Shown: positions 17,876 to 25,851, numbered from the stretch's first letter. The stretch: DNA of 64,000 nucleotides from a virus (IMGVR_UViG_3300005365_000022:24171-88170), one strand, 5' to 3'. The notes: a model not told the origin generated them from the sequence alone. A program made the numbers and translations.

Positions 17876-18952
17876 GGGTGGTACGGGCTCGAAACGTCGC
17901 GTCGTACGGCAGGGAGCGGAATAGGCTAGGCATGTCGCGTGGAGTCGTCTCGTGTGGTGACGGGTTGCTACGCGTTGGCATGTCGCTCCGGTCTACTATG
18001 CGTTCGCTGTTGGGATGGGGTGTTCTGAGTAGTCGCTCCGTACGGGCGGGTGACGACGTGGGACGGCTCGTCGCAACAGCACGGATGGGCGCGGTTTGGG
18101 TAGTCGCATCGCAGCTGCGCCTGCATGGCTCGGCATGTCGCTCGGGCACGGCCAGGTGCACGTTGGGAAGTCGCGAGGCATCGGAGCGGCAGGCGCGGGT
18201 GTTGGGCTGGCCAGTCGCCACGGTCTGCGATGGTCCGGTTTGTCGCACTGCTCGCGCTCGGTGTGCCCTGGCCAGTCGCCATGAGGCGGTCCGGTCCGGT
18301 TTGTCGCGCTGTTCTGTCGTGCCTTGACCTTGGTAGTCGCTATGGGGATGCTGTAGCACGGTCCGTCGCGATGCAGCGGCACGGTCAGTTCTGGGCTGGT
18401 CCGTCGCGATGCAGGGGTATAGAAGGGCCGGCATTGTCTCGCTGTCAGGTGGTGACCAGGCATGACCAGTCGCTCGGGCGGGGCAGGGAGCGGAAGGGCA
18501 GGCATTGTCGCGTCGAGACGGCTTGGTCGGATCAGTCGCCTCGCGTAGAACCGTCGTTGCTCGGGCTTGTCGCCTTGCTCGTAACGGTCTCGGGTTGGGA
18601 AGTCGCCGGGCCCAGGAAAGGACGGGCCGGAATAGTCACGATGACGCGAAGTGATCGCGAAGGATAGGCAAGTCGCAGCGCACGCGAGACGATTTCGATC
18701 GGCCAGACAAGTCGTGCAGCCTTGACATAGGTAGTCGCCCAGCATGGATGAGCGAAGGATAGTCGCTGTGGGCGGATCAGACTGGAAAGGACACGTCGCT
18801 ATGTTGCTTGTCGCACTGCGCGGCGAGGACACGGATAGAGGACACGGATAGTCGCCACGGCGAGGCCGGCCGCCGTTACGAGTAGGGTAGTCACGCAGCA
18901 TCCGATCGACTTGTCACCAGGGCCTCGCGGCTCACCCGGCCTGCCCCGTCAC
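17876..18952. repeat. Non-CRISPR periodic array, about 30 units of GTCRC + NNN + n x (G/GG-led pentamer); putative guide-RNA array
   Basis: GTCGC or a variant at 17896, 17934, 17982, 18032, 18070, 18103, 18137, 18170, 18214, 18242, 18275, 18303, 18336, 18365, 18403, 18436, 18469, 18507, 18535, 18569, 18602, 18635, 18672, 18711, 18734, 18762, 18795, 18810, 18851, 18890, 18913. 20 of 30 intervals are 5n+3 (23/28/33/38/48) and 6 more are 5n+4 (hand count). Confidence 0.85.
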
Positions 18953-18955
18953 GGG

Positions 18956-19741
18956 CTACGCTGCGGCGGTGTCGCTGACGCCGAGATCCTCCATCGACAG
19001 GATATCGAACTTGCCGATCCCCTGTGAGCGAGACGCGCCGATCCCGTGCTCTGCGGCGTGCAGCAGCGACGCGGCGAGCGATTCGTCTGGTAGCTTGCCT
19101 TCGATCTCCTTCGCGATGGCGATCTCGAACTCGATGATCGGCTGCTTCAGGTACTCGTTGCGCTTGATCGACGCGAGCTTCTGCCCGCGGATTTCGCTGT
19201 GACACACCGACGTCGCAATGCCGTCGGGAGCAGCGCCGAGATAAATATAATCGCGCTCAACGGGCGCAGAGCCCTCCGGCGGCACGCTGTACACGAACAG
19301 CGCCTCGGCGATCGACACGCGGGATCCGAGGTGGGCCTGGCGAAACCCGAGAACCGACCAGTTTTCCTTGAGCATCGCCTTCAGGTTGTTGGTCGGGAAC
19401 CAGATCCCATCCTTTCCCGGGCGCCGGTGGAACTGGCAAATCCCCTCCTCGGATACCCGCTCCGCGGCCTCTGCGCGCGCCGTCGGGTCGTCCGGGATGG
19501 CCTCGATCTGGTCGCCGAGTCCTCGAGCGGCGAGCATCGCGTTCGCTGCGTCGAGGTGGCGCGGCTGACCGCCGTACAGGAGCTCGCGGAGCTGGATCTT
19601 GATGCGGATCCTCCTCCACTTGTTGGAGGCCACCTGCTTCAGCAGGTTGTCCCACTGCATGCGGTTCTTGGGCTGGATGATCGCTGGTGTCTTCGGAGAT
19701 GGGGCGTCGGGGGCGTCCGGCGCTTTAGGCTTGCGTGCCAT
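18956..19741 (-). CDS. Stand-alone RAMP-superfamily (Cas7-like) protein
   Basis: 261 aa from ATG 19741 after an AAGGA RBS; N-terminal strand RIRIKIQLRELLYGG; IWFPTNNLKAMLKE (cf. RAMP iPgSslKGalR); C-terminal G-rich loop HGIGASRSQGIGKF. Confidence 0.8.
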   Translation of the reverse strand: MARKPKAPDAPDAPSPKTPAIIQPKNRMQWDNLLKQVASNKWRRIRIKIQLRELLYGGQPRHLDAANAMLAARGLGDQIEAIPDDPTARAEAAERVSEEGICQFHRRPGKDGIWFPTNNLKAMLKENWSVLGFRQAHLGSRVSIAEALFVYSVPPEGSAPVERDYIYLGAAPDGIATSVCHSEIRGQKLASIKRNEYLKQPIIEFEIAIAKEIEGKLPDESLAASLLHAAEHGIGASRSQGIGKFDILSMEDLGVSDTAAA

Positions 19742-19780
19742 GATGGTGTCCTTGTTGGTGTCGGCACCCGAGCCGACGTT

Positions 19781-19845
19781 GCATACTTGCGTATTACGCA
19801 TACGCGTGTCAACTACGAACGCGTAATACATCTACCGTCAACGCG
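19781..19845 (-). promoter_or_regulatory. Promoter/operator upstream of the RAMP gene
   Basis: Two minus-strand TTGAC hexamers and two copies of the CGTAATAC/GTATTACG box. Confidence 0.6.
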
Positions 19846-20173
19846 CCGCGGCGATCGTGCATGCCGGACAGAGGTCACGATCGCCATCGGCCTCGAGAAC
19901 CAGCTCCCGCGCCGTCGTCCTGCCCAGTGACCAGCGCGCCCGGCGGGCGAGATCGCCGATGCTCTGCCGGAGCTCGGCGTCGCCAACCGTGAGCGTGGAC
20001 GCCACCAGCAACGCTGCTCCGCATCGGTCGCAGCTCAGCCGCATCCAGTGCCGGTCGCGCGGATCGGCCTGGGGCTCGACCGCCTGCTGGCTGGCGTCCT
20101 TGGCCTGCCGGAGCGCCGCACCAAGCCCGGCCACGCGCTGCTCGAGGACGCGGCAATCCGTGCAGTCGCTCAT
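19838..20173 (-). CDS. Zn-finger/coiled-coil hypothetical protein
   Basis: CTDC, CDRC and CPAC motifs; ATG 20173 overlaps TGA 20170. Confidence 0.5.
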   Translation of the reverse strand: MSDCTDCRVLEQRVAGLGAALRQAKDASQQAVEPQADPRDRHWMRLSCDRCGAALLVASTLTVGDAELRQSIGDLARRARWSLGRTTARELVLEADGDRDLCPACTIAAAR

Positions 20174-20427
20174 CGGCGACCTTGGCGACGCCAACGCATC
20201 CGCGTTCGCTGCCGGCCGGTGATTGGGCGGTTACACCTCGAACACGGCACTCCATAGCACACATGGCCGCACGGCCGGCGAGGGAGATACCCGTGCTCCC
20301 AACACTCGCGCGTGGAGTCGTACCTGCACGGCTTTGCGTTGTACTCGGCAGCCGCCCGATCGCGGGATGCACGTTCTTCTGGCGTGTTCCACTCCGCGAG
20401 CAGATCGTCAATCGTCGTTGGCGTCAT
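20170..20427 (-). CDS. Small Cys-rich hypothetical protein
   Basis: 85 aa, coupled starts and stops. Confidence 0.45.
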   Translation of the reverse strand: MTPTTIDDLLAEWNTPEERASRDRAAAEYNAKPCRYDSTRECWEHGYLPRRPCGHVCYGVPCSRCNRPITGRQRTRMRWRRQGRR

Positions 20428-20702
20428 GGCTCGCCCGTACTGCCGTCGCCCGGCACCGCGATCCCGTGCCGCTTCCTGATCGCCGCGATGATCCCGGCAG
20501 CCTCGCCGTCGCTTGCGTCTTCCCAGCCGGCGAGCGCGATGGCGAGGTCATCACGAGTTGCTGCCAGGTCGCGCTGTGTTGCGGATGGCGCGACCGCGCG
20601 AGCTGCTGGTTCGCTTCGCTGGCTGCGCGCGATGACCTCCGGGGCCCGGCGCTTACTGGCCAGCACCGCGGGTCCCTGGATGCCGAGACCAGAGCGGCTC
20701 AC
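20424..20702 (-). CDS. Hypothetical protein
   Basis: 92 aa, ATGA coupling. Confidence 0.4.
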   Translation of the reverse strand: MSRSGLGIQGPAVLASKRRAPEVIARSQRSEPAARAVAPSATQRDLAATRDDLAIALAGWEDASDGEAAGIIAAIRKRHGIAVPGDGSTGEP

Positions 20703-21067
20703 AGCGGCCTCGGGTGGTACTTGCGGTTGCTCGCGATGTGCCCCTCGATCCCGCAGCGCGTACAGGCGGTGTGCTTGCGGAGCCTATCGATCCGCTGCTC
20801 GCCGGCCTCCTCGTGGTCGGCTGCGCGGGCACGCCGCACCAGGTCGGCAACCTGTTCCGGCGTCATCGGAATCGGCTCCACCACCACCTGTGTGGCAACC
20901 GGCTCCGGCGAAGGCGCCGAGATGCGACCTCGCACGTCGGCGCGCCGCCGGTCGAGGTCGTCGCGCTTCGGCGGCGTGTACCCGGCCACGATGACCGCGC
21001 CCCATCTGCTCGTGCCGGTAGGGGTCACGATCGTTGCGCTGAGTGATGGCGTGGGAAGTCCGATCAC
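20699..21067 (-). CDS. Hypothetical protein with zinc-knuckle-like end
   Basis: CTRCGIEGH; GTG 21067 overlaps TGA 21064. Confidence 0.45.
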   Translation of the reverse strand: MIGLPTPSLSATIVTPTGTSRWGAVIVAGYTPPKRDDLDRRRADVRGRISAPSPEPVATQVVVEPIPMTPEQVADLVRRARAADHEEAGEQRIDRLRKHTACTRCGIEGHIASNRKYHPRPL

Positions 21068-22422
21068 GCGCCGCGCGCTGCGATCAGCGCCCTCCGGTGC
21101 CGGTCGATCTCGTCCACGGTCCCATCCGGCCAGCCGAACACCATCTGGAGATCCTCGAGCACGTCGCGCTCGTGGCCCACCAGCACACCGTAGACCCAGG
21201 CGAGGCACGGGCTGCGCTGCCAGTTCATCCCGCTGGTGGCGACCACGGCGGTGAGCGCAGAGAGCGCGCCGGCGGCTGCCATGACCTCGCCGACCTCCGC
21301 CGCCGGGGACTGCATCGGGATGCGCAGCGCCCACATCCCGTCTCCGCGGTCGAGCCACTCGCCGACCTTCATGCTGTGACCGCGGTGATCCTCGACCTCC
21401 ACGAATCTCCCTGATGTTGGCCCCGGTGGCCAGTCGCACACCACGTCGATGAACTCGATACGATCTCGAGTCGAGGTCTCATCCGCATCGGAAGCCAGCG
21501 CACGGAACGCGTATACGTCCGAGACCGGTGACCTGCGTGCAGCGTCTTCGGGATGCTTCTCGTGGTATCGCTGTTGCGCTTCCGGGCTCGTCGTGCCGGG
21601 ATGGACGATCACGTTGCACGTCTCGCATTCGACGCGATACCGCGGCCGACTGGAATGGAACGCGGTTTCACCGGTAGGTGTCAATTGGAAGCTATGAGCT
21701 GATCGGTGGTCGGTGGTCGGAGCCGGATTCGAATCGGCCAGGGTAGCGGCTGCGCTTGCTACGTCCTCAGGGTCAGCGCCTTTCATCATCTCGGCAACCA
21801 TCTCCCCGTGCTCTCGCACGAGCTGGGCAACGCGCTCCGCAACGGGCACCTGCTCGTCACCAGGCGGTAGGGCGGCGCGAGCTTGGACCAGGGCGTGATG
21901 TTCGCGTTCGACTGCGGCGACGAGATCCTTCCACCCGGCACGCTCCCACCCGCTGTAGTCGAGCGCGGAGGCGACGAGCTCGTGCATCTTCTCGTTGTGC
22001 TGTTCTGCGGTCAGCGCCGCTGTCTCGGCGCGCTTTCGCCGCTCCTCAGATTGCGTGAGCTCCGCCGTCAGGCGGTTGTATTCCACTTTCCAATCTACCG
22101 GGTCGTCGAGCTTACCTGCCATTCGTAAGACGCCGCGCTCGATGACATGCATCTCCCTGAATGCGATCGCCTCCATGGCCGCCGCCTGCTGGCGCTCGGG
22201 AAGCAGCTCGATATCGCCGAGCGACCTAAGTAGGTCTCCGATTACCGTGTGTGCTCGCTCGAGGCGAGCTTCGAGAGCGGCTTCATCACCCATTCGCCGA
22301 ATATGCCGGCGCGGTCGGCGAATGTCAACGAACCCTTGCGGGCCCCTCTTACCGCCCGGTCGCGCTGCAGCGTGCCAGGATGACGGTCTCGTAGGCTGAT
22401 CGGAATCCGTTTTCTCCGGCAC
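21064..22422 (-). CDS. Multidomain phage hypothetical protein (coiled coil, Zn-finger-like segment)
   Basis: 452 aa; CETC...H..H; long E/A-rich helices. Confidence 0.55.
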   Translation of the reverse strand: MPEKTDSDQPTRPSSWHAAARPGGKRGPQGFVDIRRPRRHIRRMGDEAALEARLERAHTVIGDLLRSLGDIELLPERQQAAAMEAIAFREMHVIERGVLRMAGKLDDPVDWKVEYNRLTAELTQSEERRKRAETAALTAEQHNEKMHELVASALDYSGWERAGWKDLVAAVEREHHALVQARAALPPGDEQVPVAERVAQLVREHGEMVAEMMKGADPEDVASAAATLADSNPAPTTDHRSAHSFQLTPTGETAFHSSRPRYRVECETCNVIVHPGTTSPEAQQRYHEKHPEDAARRSPVSDVYAFRALASDADETSTRDRIEFIDVVCDWPPGPTSGRFVEVEDHRGHSMKVGEWLDRGDGMWALRIPMQSPAAEVGEVMAAAGALSALTAVVATSGMNWQRSPCLAWVYGVLVGHERDVLEDLQMVFGWPDGTVDEIDRHRRALIAARGA

Positions 22423-22479
22423 CCATTAGCCGGCGGAGAATCACAGCGAGGGCTACGACGTTGGCCTTTCGGCCCAAGG

Positions 22480-22555
22480 TAGCGCGAGCTGGATTTGAAC
22501 CAGCGACCTTCGGGTTATGAGCCCGACGGGAACGACCAGGCTTCCCTACCGCGCG
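22480..22555 (-). tRNA. tRNA-Met(CAT) with initiator (fMet) features
   Basis: CGCGCGG..GGGA/TCCC D arm, TCGGG-CTCATAA-CCCGA anticodon arm (three G:C pairs), GGTTCAAATCC T arm, C1xU72 mismatch, A73. Confidence 0.9.
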
Positions 22556-22632
22556 ACTCCTTGTACCTCCACGGTCCGCCGGCGGTCAAGCGAAGACAGC
22601 TTCGTGGCACACGATCTCGAGCATGCGACCAA

Positions 22633-23016
22633 TCAGGTGGCGTTCCGTCTCGCGCGCAATCGGTACGCCGTAGGCTTTACCTTGAACACCTTGCGACAAT
22701 TCGGACATCCGGCGAACAGGAGTGGTAGCGTCTGATGCTGGCGCGAATGCTCTGCATTCGAGACAAGATCGAGGTTTTCTTGAGCGTCGTCAGTCTTGTC
22801 GTGGTTCACATGATGTACGACCTCTTCAGGATCGAGCAGCCTGCCGATCCGGTTCTCTACGATCACACGATGAAGCGGGTATAGTCCCTTGGTATTTCTG
22901 CGCGGGTGAGGAGGGTCGGTCCTACAGTAACGATACCCTCCGCCCTTGCACACCGACACGATCATAAACGGCGGGCCGTCGGGATGTGGCTGGCTGGTGT
23001 CGTTCGGCGTCGTCAT
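22633..23016 (-). CDS. HNH endonuclease (HNH_3-like), truncated by a premature TGA in its C-terminal Zn finger
   Basis: LHRVIVENRIGRLL..EVVHHVNHDKTDD..ENL; CPNC...RRNAT*LVACSRSC continues in frame after the TGA. Confidence 0.75.
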   Translation of the reverse strand: MTTPNDTSQPHPDGPPFMIVSVCKGGGYRYCRTDPPHPRRNTKGLYPLHRVIVENRIGRLLDPEEVVHHVNHDKTDDAQENLDLVSNAEHSRQHQTLPLLFAGCPNCRKVFKVKPTAYRLRARRNAT

Positions 23017-23034
23017 GCTGATGATCGTTTTACC

Positions 23035-23652
23035 ATGGCCACCGATCAAGCATCCGCGCTCGTCAGGGCGCTCGTCGCCAAGCGTCAACAGCCGAGCTCG
23101 CCGGGCGGCGCGCGCGCTTTGGTGCGTCGCATCATCGAGCCCAACCTCGATGAGAACGACCTCAGCATCCAGCCTCCAGACGTCGGGCCAATCCGTGAGG
23201 AGTTCGAGAAGCTCCGACGCGAGTTTTGGTCCAATCACTTCGCGTACGCCGACCCATGGATCGGCCGGTCGCGCACGTACGATCCGACCGGCAAGTACAA
23301 CTGCGGGCGCTGCAACATGGTCGACGCGGTCCGCTGCCTGCTGCTCAAGGTCCCGGAGATCGACCCGGTCGGCGGTAGCTGCTCGCACTGGGAGGACCAG
23401 TGCGCCGGTGACGCCGAGATGCCGGTCCACGCGATCCCTCCTGAAGGCGCCGCGTACGCCGAGACCGGCCCCGACGGCTGGGGATGCGTCCGTTGCTGGT
23501 GGGCAGAGCCGGCGATCGCACCGGACAGCATGGGCAGGACGCTGTACTGCCGGCGGGCTGACTGCCGGGTACTCGAGACGGCGTGCTGCGCGATCAACAG
23601 CGCTGATCAGCCATCGTTCGAGGCTGCCGTCGCGTCGCTGGGATCGGATTGA
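23035..23652 (+). CDS. Cys-rich protein with tandem HiPIP-like metal-binding motifs
   Basis: CGRC-x7-C-x11-GGSCSHW and CVRC-x17-C-x11-CC; lone plus-strand gene. Confidence 0.5.
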   Translation: MATDQASALVRALVAKRQQPSSPGGARALVRRIIEPNLDENDLSIQPPDVGPIREEFEKLRREFWSNHFAYADPWIGRSRTYDPTGKYNCGRCNMVDAVRCLLLKVPEIDPVGGSCSHWEDQCAGDAEMPVHAIPPEGAAYAETGPDGWGCVRCWWAEPAIAPDSMGRTLYCRRADCRVLETACCAINSADQPSFEAAVASLGSD

Positions 23653-24029
23653 TCCGCCGCGACGAGCGCGTCGAGCCTCCGCTGTGCGTCGCTGCCGATC
23701 TTGATGGCGAGACGCAGGCACTCGACGCAGTTGACCTCGTCGATCCACGCTCCATCGTCGGTCCACGTGACTCGATCGAGGTCGATGTTCGTGTAGTCGT
23801 GTGCTGACTCCTCGTCGCACAAGTTTGAGCAGCGCTCCTCAGACTCGCCGAGGTGCACAAGCGATCGCACCGCGATGATCTGGTCGAGCTGCGCGCGCAG
23901 CGCCGGGTCATCCGTGCTCGAACGCATTTCACGCGCGAGCGCAAGCACGCCAGGCGACGGTGGCCAGCGTGTCTCAAGCTCGCGTTCGAGCGCTACGGTC
24001 TCACGCGGCCAGTTCTCACGCTGTCTCAT
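23607..24029 (-). CDS. Hypothetical protein
   Basis: ATGA-coupled; VNCVECL motif. Confidence 0.45.
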   Translation of the reverse strand: MRQRENWPRETVALERELETRWPPSPGVLALAREMRSSTDDPALRAQLDQIIAVRSLVHLGESEERCSNLCDEESAHDYTNIDLDRVTWTDDGAWIDEVNCVECLRLAIKIGSDAQRRLDALVAADQSDPSDATAASNDG

Positions 24030-24307
24030 CGCGTCCTCGCGTTGGCGTACTTCGCCCAGCGCTCGGCGTCCTCCCATGGGTTACCCTTGGTCGGGTCAGG
24101 CTCGAACGGCTTGAGCCCTGGGTCCTGGCTGCCGCTGATTCCCGCCAGGAACGCGCTCAGGCACCCGCCGTTCTCGAGCTGGCGCCGGACGAGTTCGCGC
24201 TGCTGCGCGGTCAGGCGAGGATGCCGGCGAGGCACCCCAATACCCGGCGAGGTGACCTCTACCAGATCTTCGGTGTCGATTCGATACAGCTGCGGTGTGG
24301 TGCGCAT
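24026..24307 (-). CDS. Hypothetical protein
   Basis: MRTTPQLYRIDT... Confidence 0.4.
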   Translation of the reverse strand: MRTTPQLYRIDTEDLVEVTSPGIGVPRRHPRLTAQQRELVRRQLENGGCLSAFLAGISGSQDPGLKPFEPDPTKGNPWEDAERWAKYANARTR

Positions 24308-24312
24308 GGCGA

Positions 24313-24855
24313 TCACCCAGCCTCCCCGAGATCCACAGGCCATGACACGCCGTCGACCTCGACAGCCATCCTGCGCTCGCGGTTGTACCGGATCCGGTAG
24401 ACCTGCTCTCGCAGGAGGTCAATGCCGGGAGGAGGCGCGATCTTGGCGAACCGCGAACCCATCGCCGAAGGTCTCTCCGGACGCGGCGCGATGTCGGCCG
24501 CGACCTCCGCATACGACCGCCCGGTGATTGCCACGGTCGCGCGCTCGAACGCGTCCTGCACGCGCCGCTGCGCCATCCGACCCAGGTTGTGCGTGTGCTC
24601 GCACCACGCGATCGCCGTCTTGTCGGCCGCAGTGTCTTTGTTGACGCCGCCGCGCCGCGACCGCCACCCGACGTTTCTCCCGCGCTCCACGGCCTCCTGC
24701 AGGTCCGGGTCGCCGCTCACCACCGCGATCAGCAGGGACTCCTCGGTCAGCCCGGCCAGCACATCGTCGCACAGCTGCTCGAGCTCGGTGTCGCCGCGCT
24801 CGGCCGCGTAGGTCGCGACGTGCTCGACGAGCTCTGGGCGATCGAGGCGGGTCAT
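24313..24855 (-). CDS. Hypothetical protein carrying a copied DUF5131 N-terminal peptide
   Basis: Contains ADKTAIAWCEHTHNL, nearly identical to the peptide encoded at 39865-39910. Confidence 0.55.
   Translation of the reverse strand: MTRLDRPELVEHVATYAAERGDTELEQLCDDVLAGLTEESLLIAVVSGDPDLQEAVERGRNVGWRSRRGGVNKDTAADKTAIAWCEHTHNLGRMAQRRVQDAFERATVAITGRSYAEVAADIAPRPERPSAMGSRFAKIAPPPGIDLLREQVYRIRYNRERRMAVEVDGVSWPVDLGEAG
24583..24628 (+). repeat. 46 bp direct repeat, copy 1 (copy 2 at 39865-39910)
   Basis: CAGGTTGTGCGTGTGCTCGCA(C/A)ACGCGATCGCCGTCTTGTC(G/C)GCC; 2 mismatches. Confidence 0.9.
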
Positions 24856-25067
24856 GGCGTCACCGTCGGCAGCGTGTGGGCTGCCAGCAACCATCTGCAG
24901 GCGTCCTCATCGATGCAGCCGGCGTTCTTTGCGGCCACGAACAGGAGGCCAGCGATCAGCTGGACCACCGTCACGGCTGCCTCCTGCGCCAGATTGCAGC
25001 GCTCACCATCGCGCCGACCGCGAGCCCGGTGAACAGCCCAGCAAGGTAGAGGTGCCACATGGATCAA
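24852..25067 (-). CDS. Small hypothetical protein
   Basis: 71 aa, coupled. Confidence 0.35.
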   Translation of the reverse strand: MIHVAPLPCWAVHRARGRRDGERCNLAQEAAVTVVQLIAGLLFVAAKNAGCIDEDACRWLLAAHTLPTVTP

Positions 25068-25312
25068 AACTCCTGCCCGTCGGCAGCCATCATCGCCGCG
25101 CGATCGAAGGCGCGGTCTACGGTGGCCGCGCGCGCGATCCGCGACAGGCGACCATTGACGCGGTGGGTACCGATGCCATGCTCGCGGTCGAGCCGGTCAG
25201 CGAGCTGCTCGGCAAGCTCGGGGTTGAGCACCGGGCGGGATAGCTGCGGGCCGACGCCGGGGCCGGTCACGAGGTTGGACGCGAGGTGCGAGTAGCGGTC
25301 TGAGCTCGTCAT
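25064..25312 (-). CDS. Leaderless hypothetical protein
   Basis: ATG 25312 lies 6 nt after the TACGTT -10. Confidence 0.5.
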   Translation of the reverse strand: MTSSDRYSHLASNLVTGPGVGPQLSRPVLNPELAEQLADRLDREHGIGTHRVNGRLSRIARAATVDRAFDRAAMMAADGQEF

Positions 25313-25366
25313 GCTGGTAACGTAATACGCGCGCGTCATGGTGTCAAGCGATAGATTACGTGTTCA
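25310..25366 (-). promoter_or_regulatory. Repeated promoter/operator cassette, copy B
   Basis: CATGCTGGTAACGTAATACG..GTGTCAAGCGATAGATTACGTGTTCA; TTGACA-N17-TACGTT on minus. Confidence 0.75.
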
Positions 25367-25368
25367 CA

Positions 25369-25851
25369 TTACCCCGGGCCTTCGAGCGCGTCACGCCGTC
25401 GCGCTTCGTCTTCGGCGGATCCCGGCTGGCAAACGCCGCACCCACGGCAGCCATCCATCGCGCACGGCTGGTCGGATTCCGCTGCCGTGACGTCAAGCTC
25501 GACCGTCTGTATGCCAGACGCGACATCCGGGTGGAGATCAACGACCTCTGGCACGGCGGGCACCTCGATGAGGCCAGTGCCTGTCGTCACCTGAACTCGG
25601 ACGTCGGCCGCCGCGTTCAGGATCGGCCTGGCCCACTCCGCCCAGTCTTTGGCCCCGCCGCGCTTGACCGCCGCGAGCTGGGCATCGTGCTCTCCGGTCG
25701 ACAGCCGTACCGTCTTGATAACGGAGCGAACCACGCCGACGCCGAGCTTGGGCTTTGGACCGCTTCCCGCCCTGGCCCCGCCCACCTTGCTCTTGGCCTC
25801 CTTGACGCGGGACTTCTTGGATGCGCGTGTCTTACTTGTTTGTTTGGTCAC
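25369..25851 (-). CDS. DNA-binding protein (basic N-tail, GGARxGSGPKP hook, RHH-like)
   Basis: GGARAGSGPKPK followed by KTVRLSTGEHDAQLAAVKRGGAKDWAEWAR. Confidence 0.55.
   Translation of the reverse strand: MTKQTSKTRASKKSRVKEAKSKVGGARAGSGPKPKLGVGVVRSVIKTVRLSTGEHDAQLAAVKRGGAKDWAEWARPILNAAADVRVQVTTGTGLIEVPAVPEVVDLHPDVASGIQTVELDVTAAESDQPCAMDGCRGCGVCQPGSAEDEARRRDALEGPG

Noticed and set aside
17996-18901. 301 aa minus-strand ORF (and other overlapping ORFs) across the array
   Set aside because: Low-complexity R/P/D translation with recurring RD/GD dipeptides is a by-product of the GCGAC and 5-nt periodicity; no RBS-coupled start; a 5-nt period argues against coding
17876-18952. Canonical CRISPR array
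   Set aside because: No 23-50 bp conserved repeat; the constant part is only 5 bp; no cas1/cas2/cas6 in the window
5501-22635. Stop-codon reassignment suggested by in-frame stops
   Set aside because: The three lesions use three different stops (TAG 5501, TAA 9705, TGA 22633), all three codons terminate normal genes here, and no suppressor tRNA was seen; decay or sequence error is simpler
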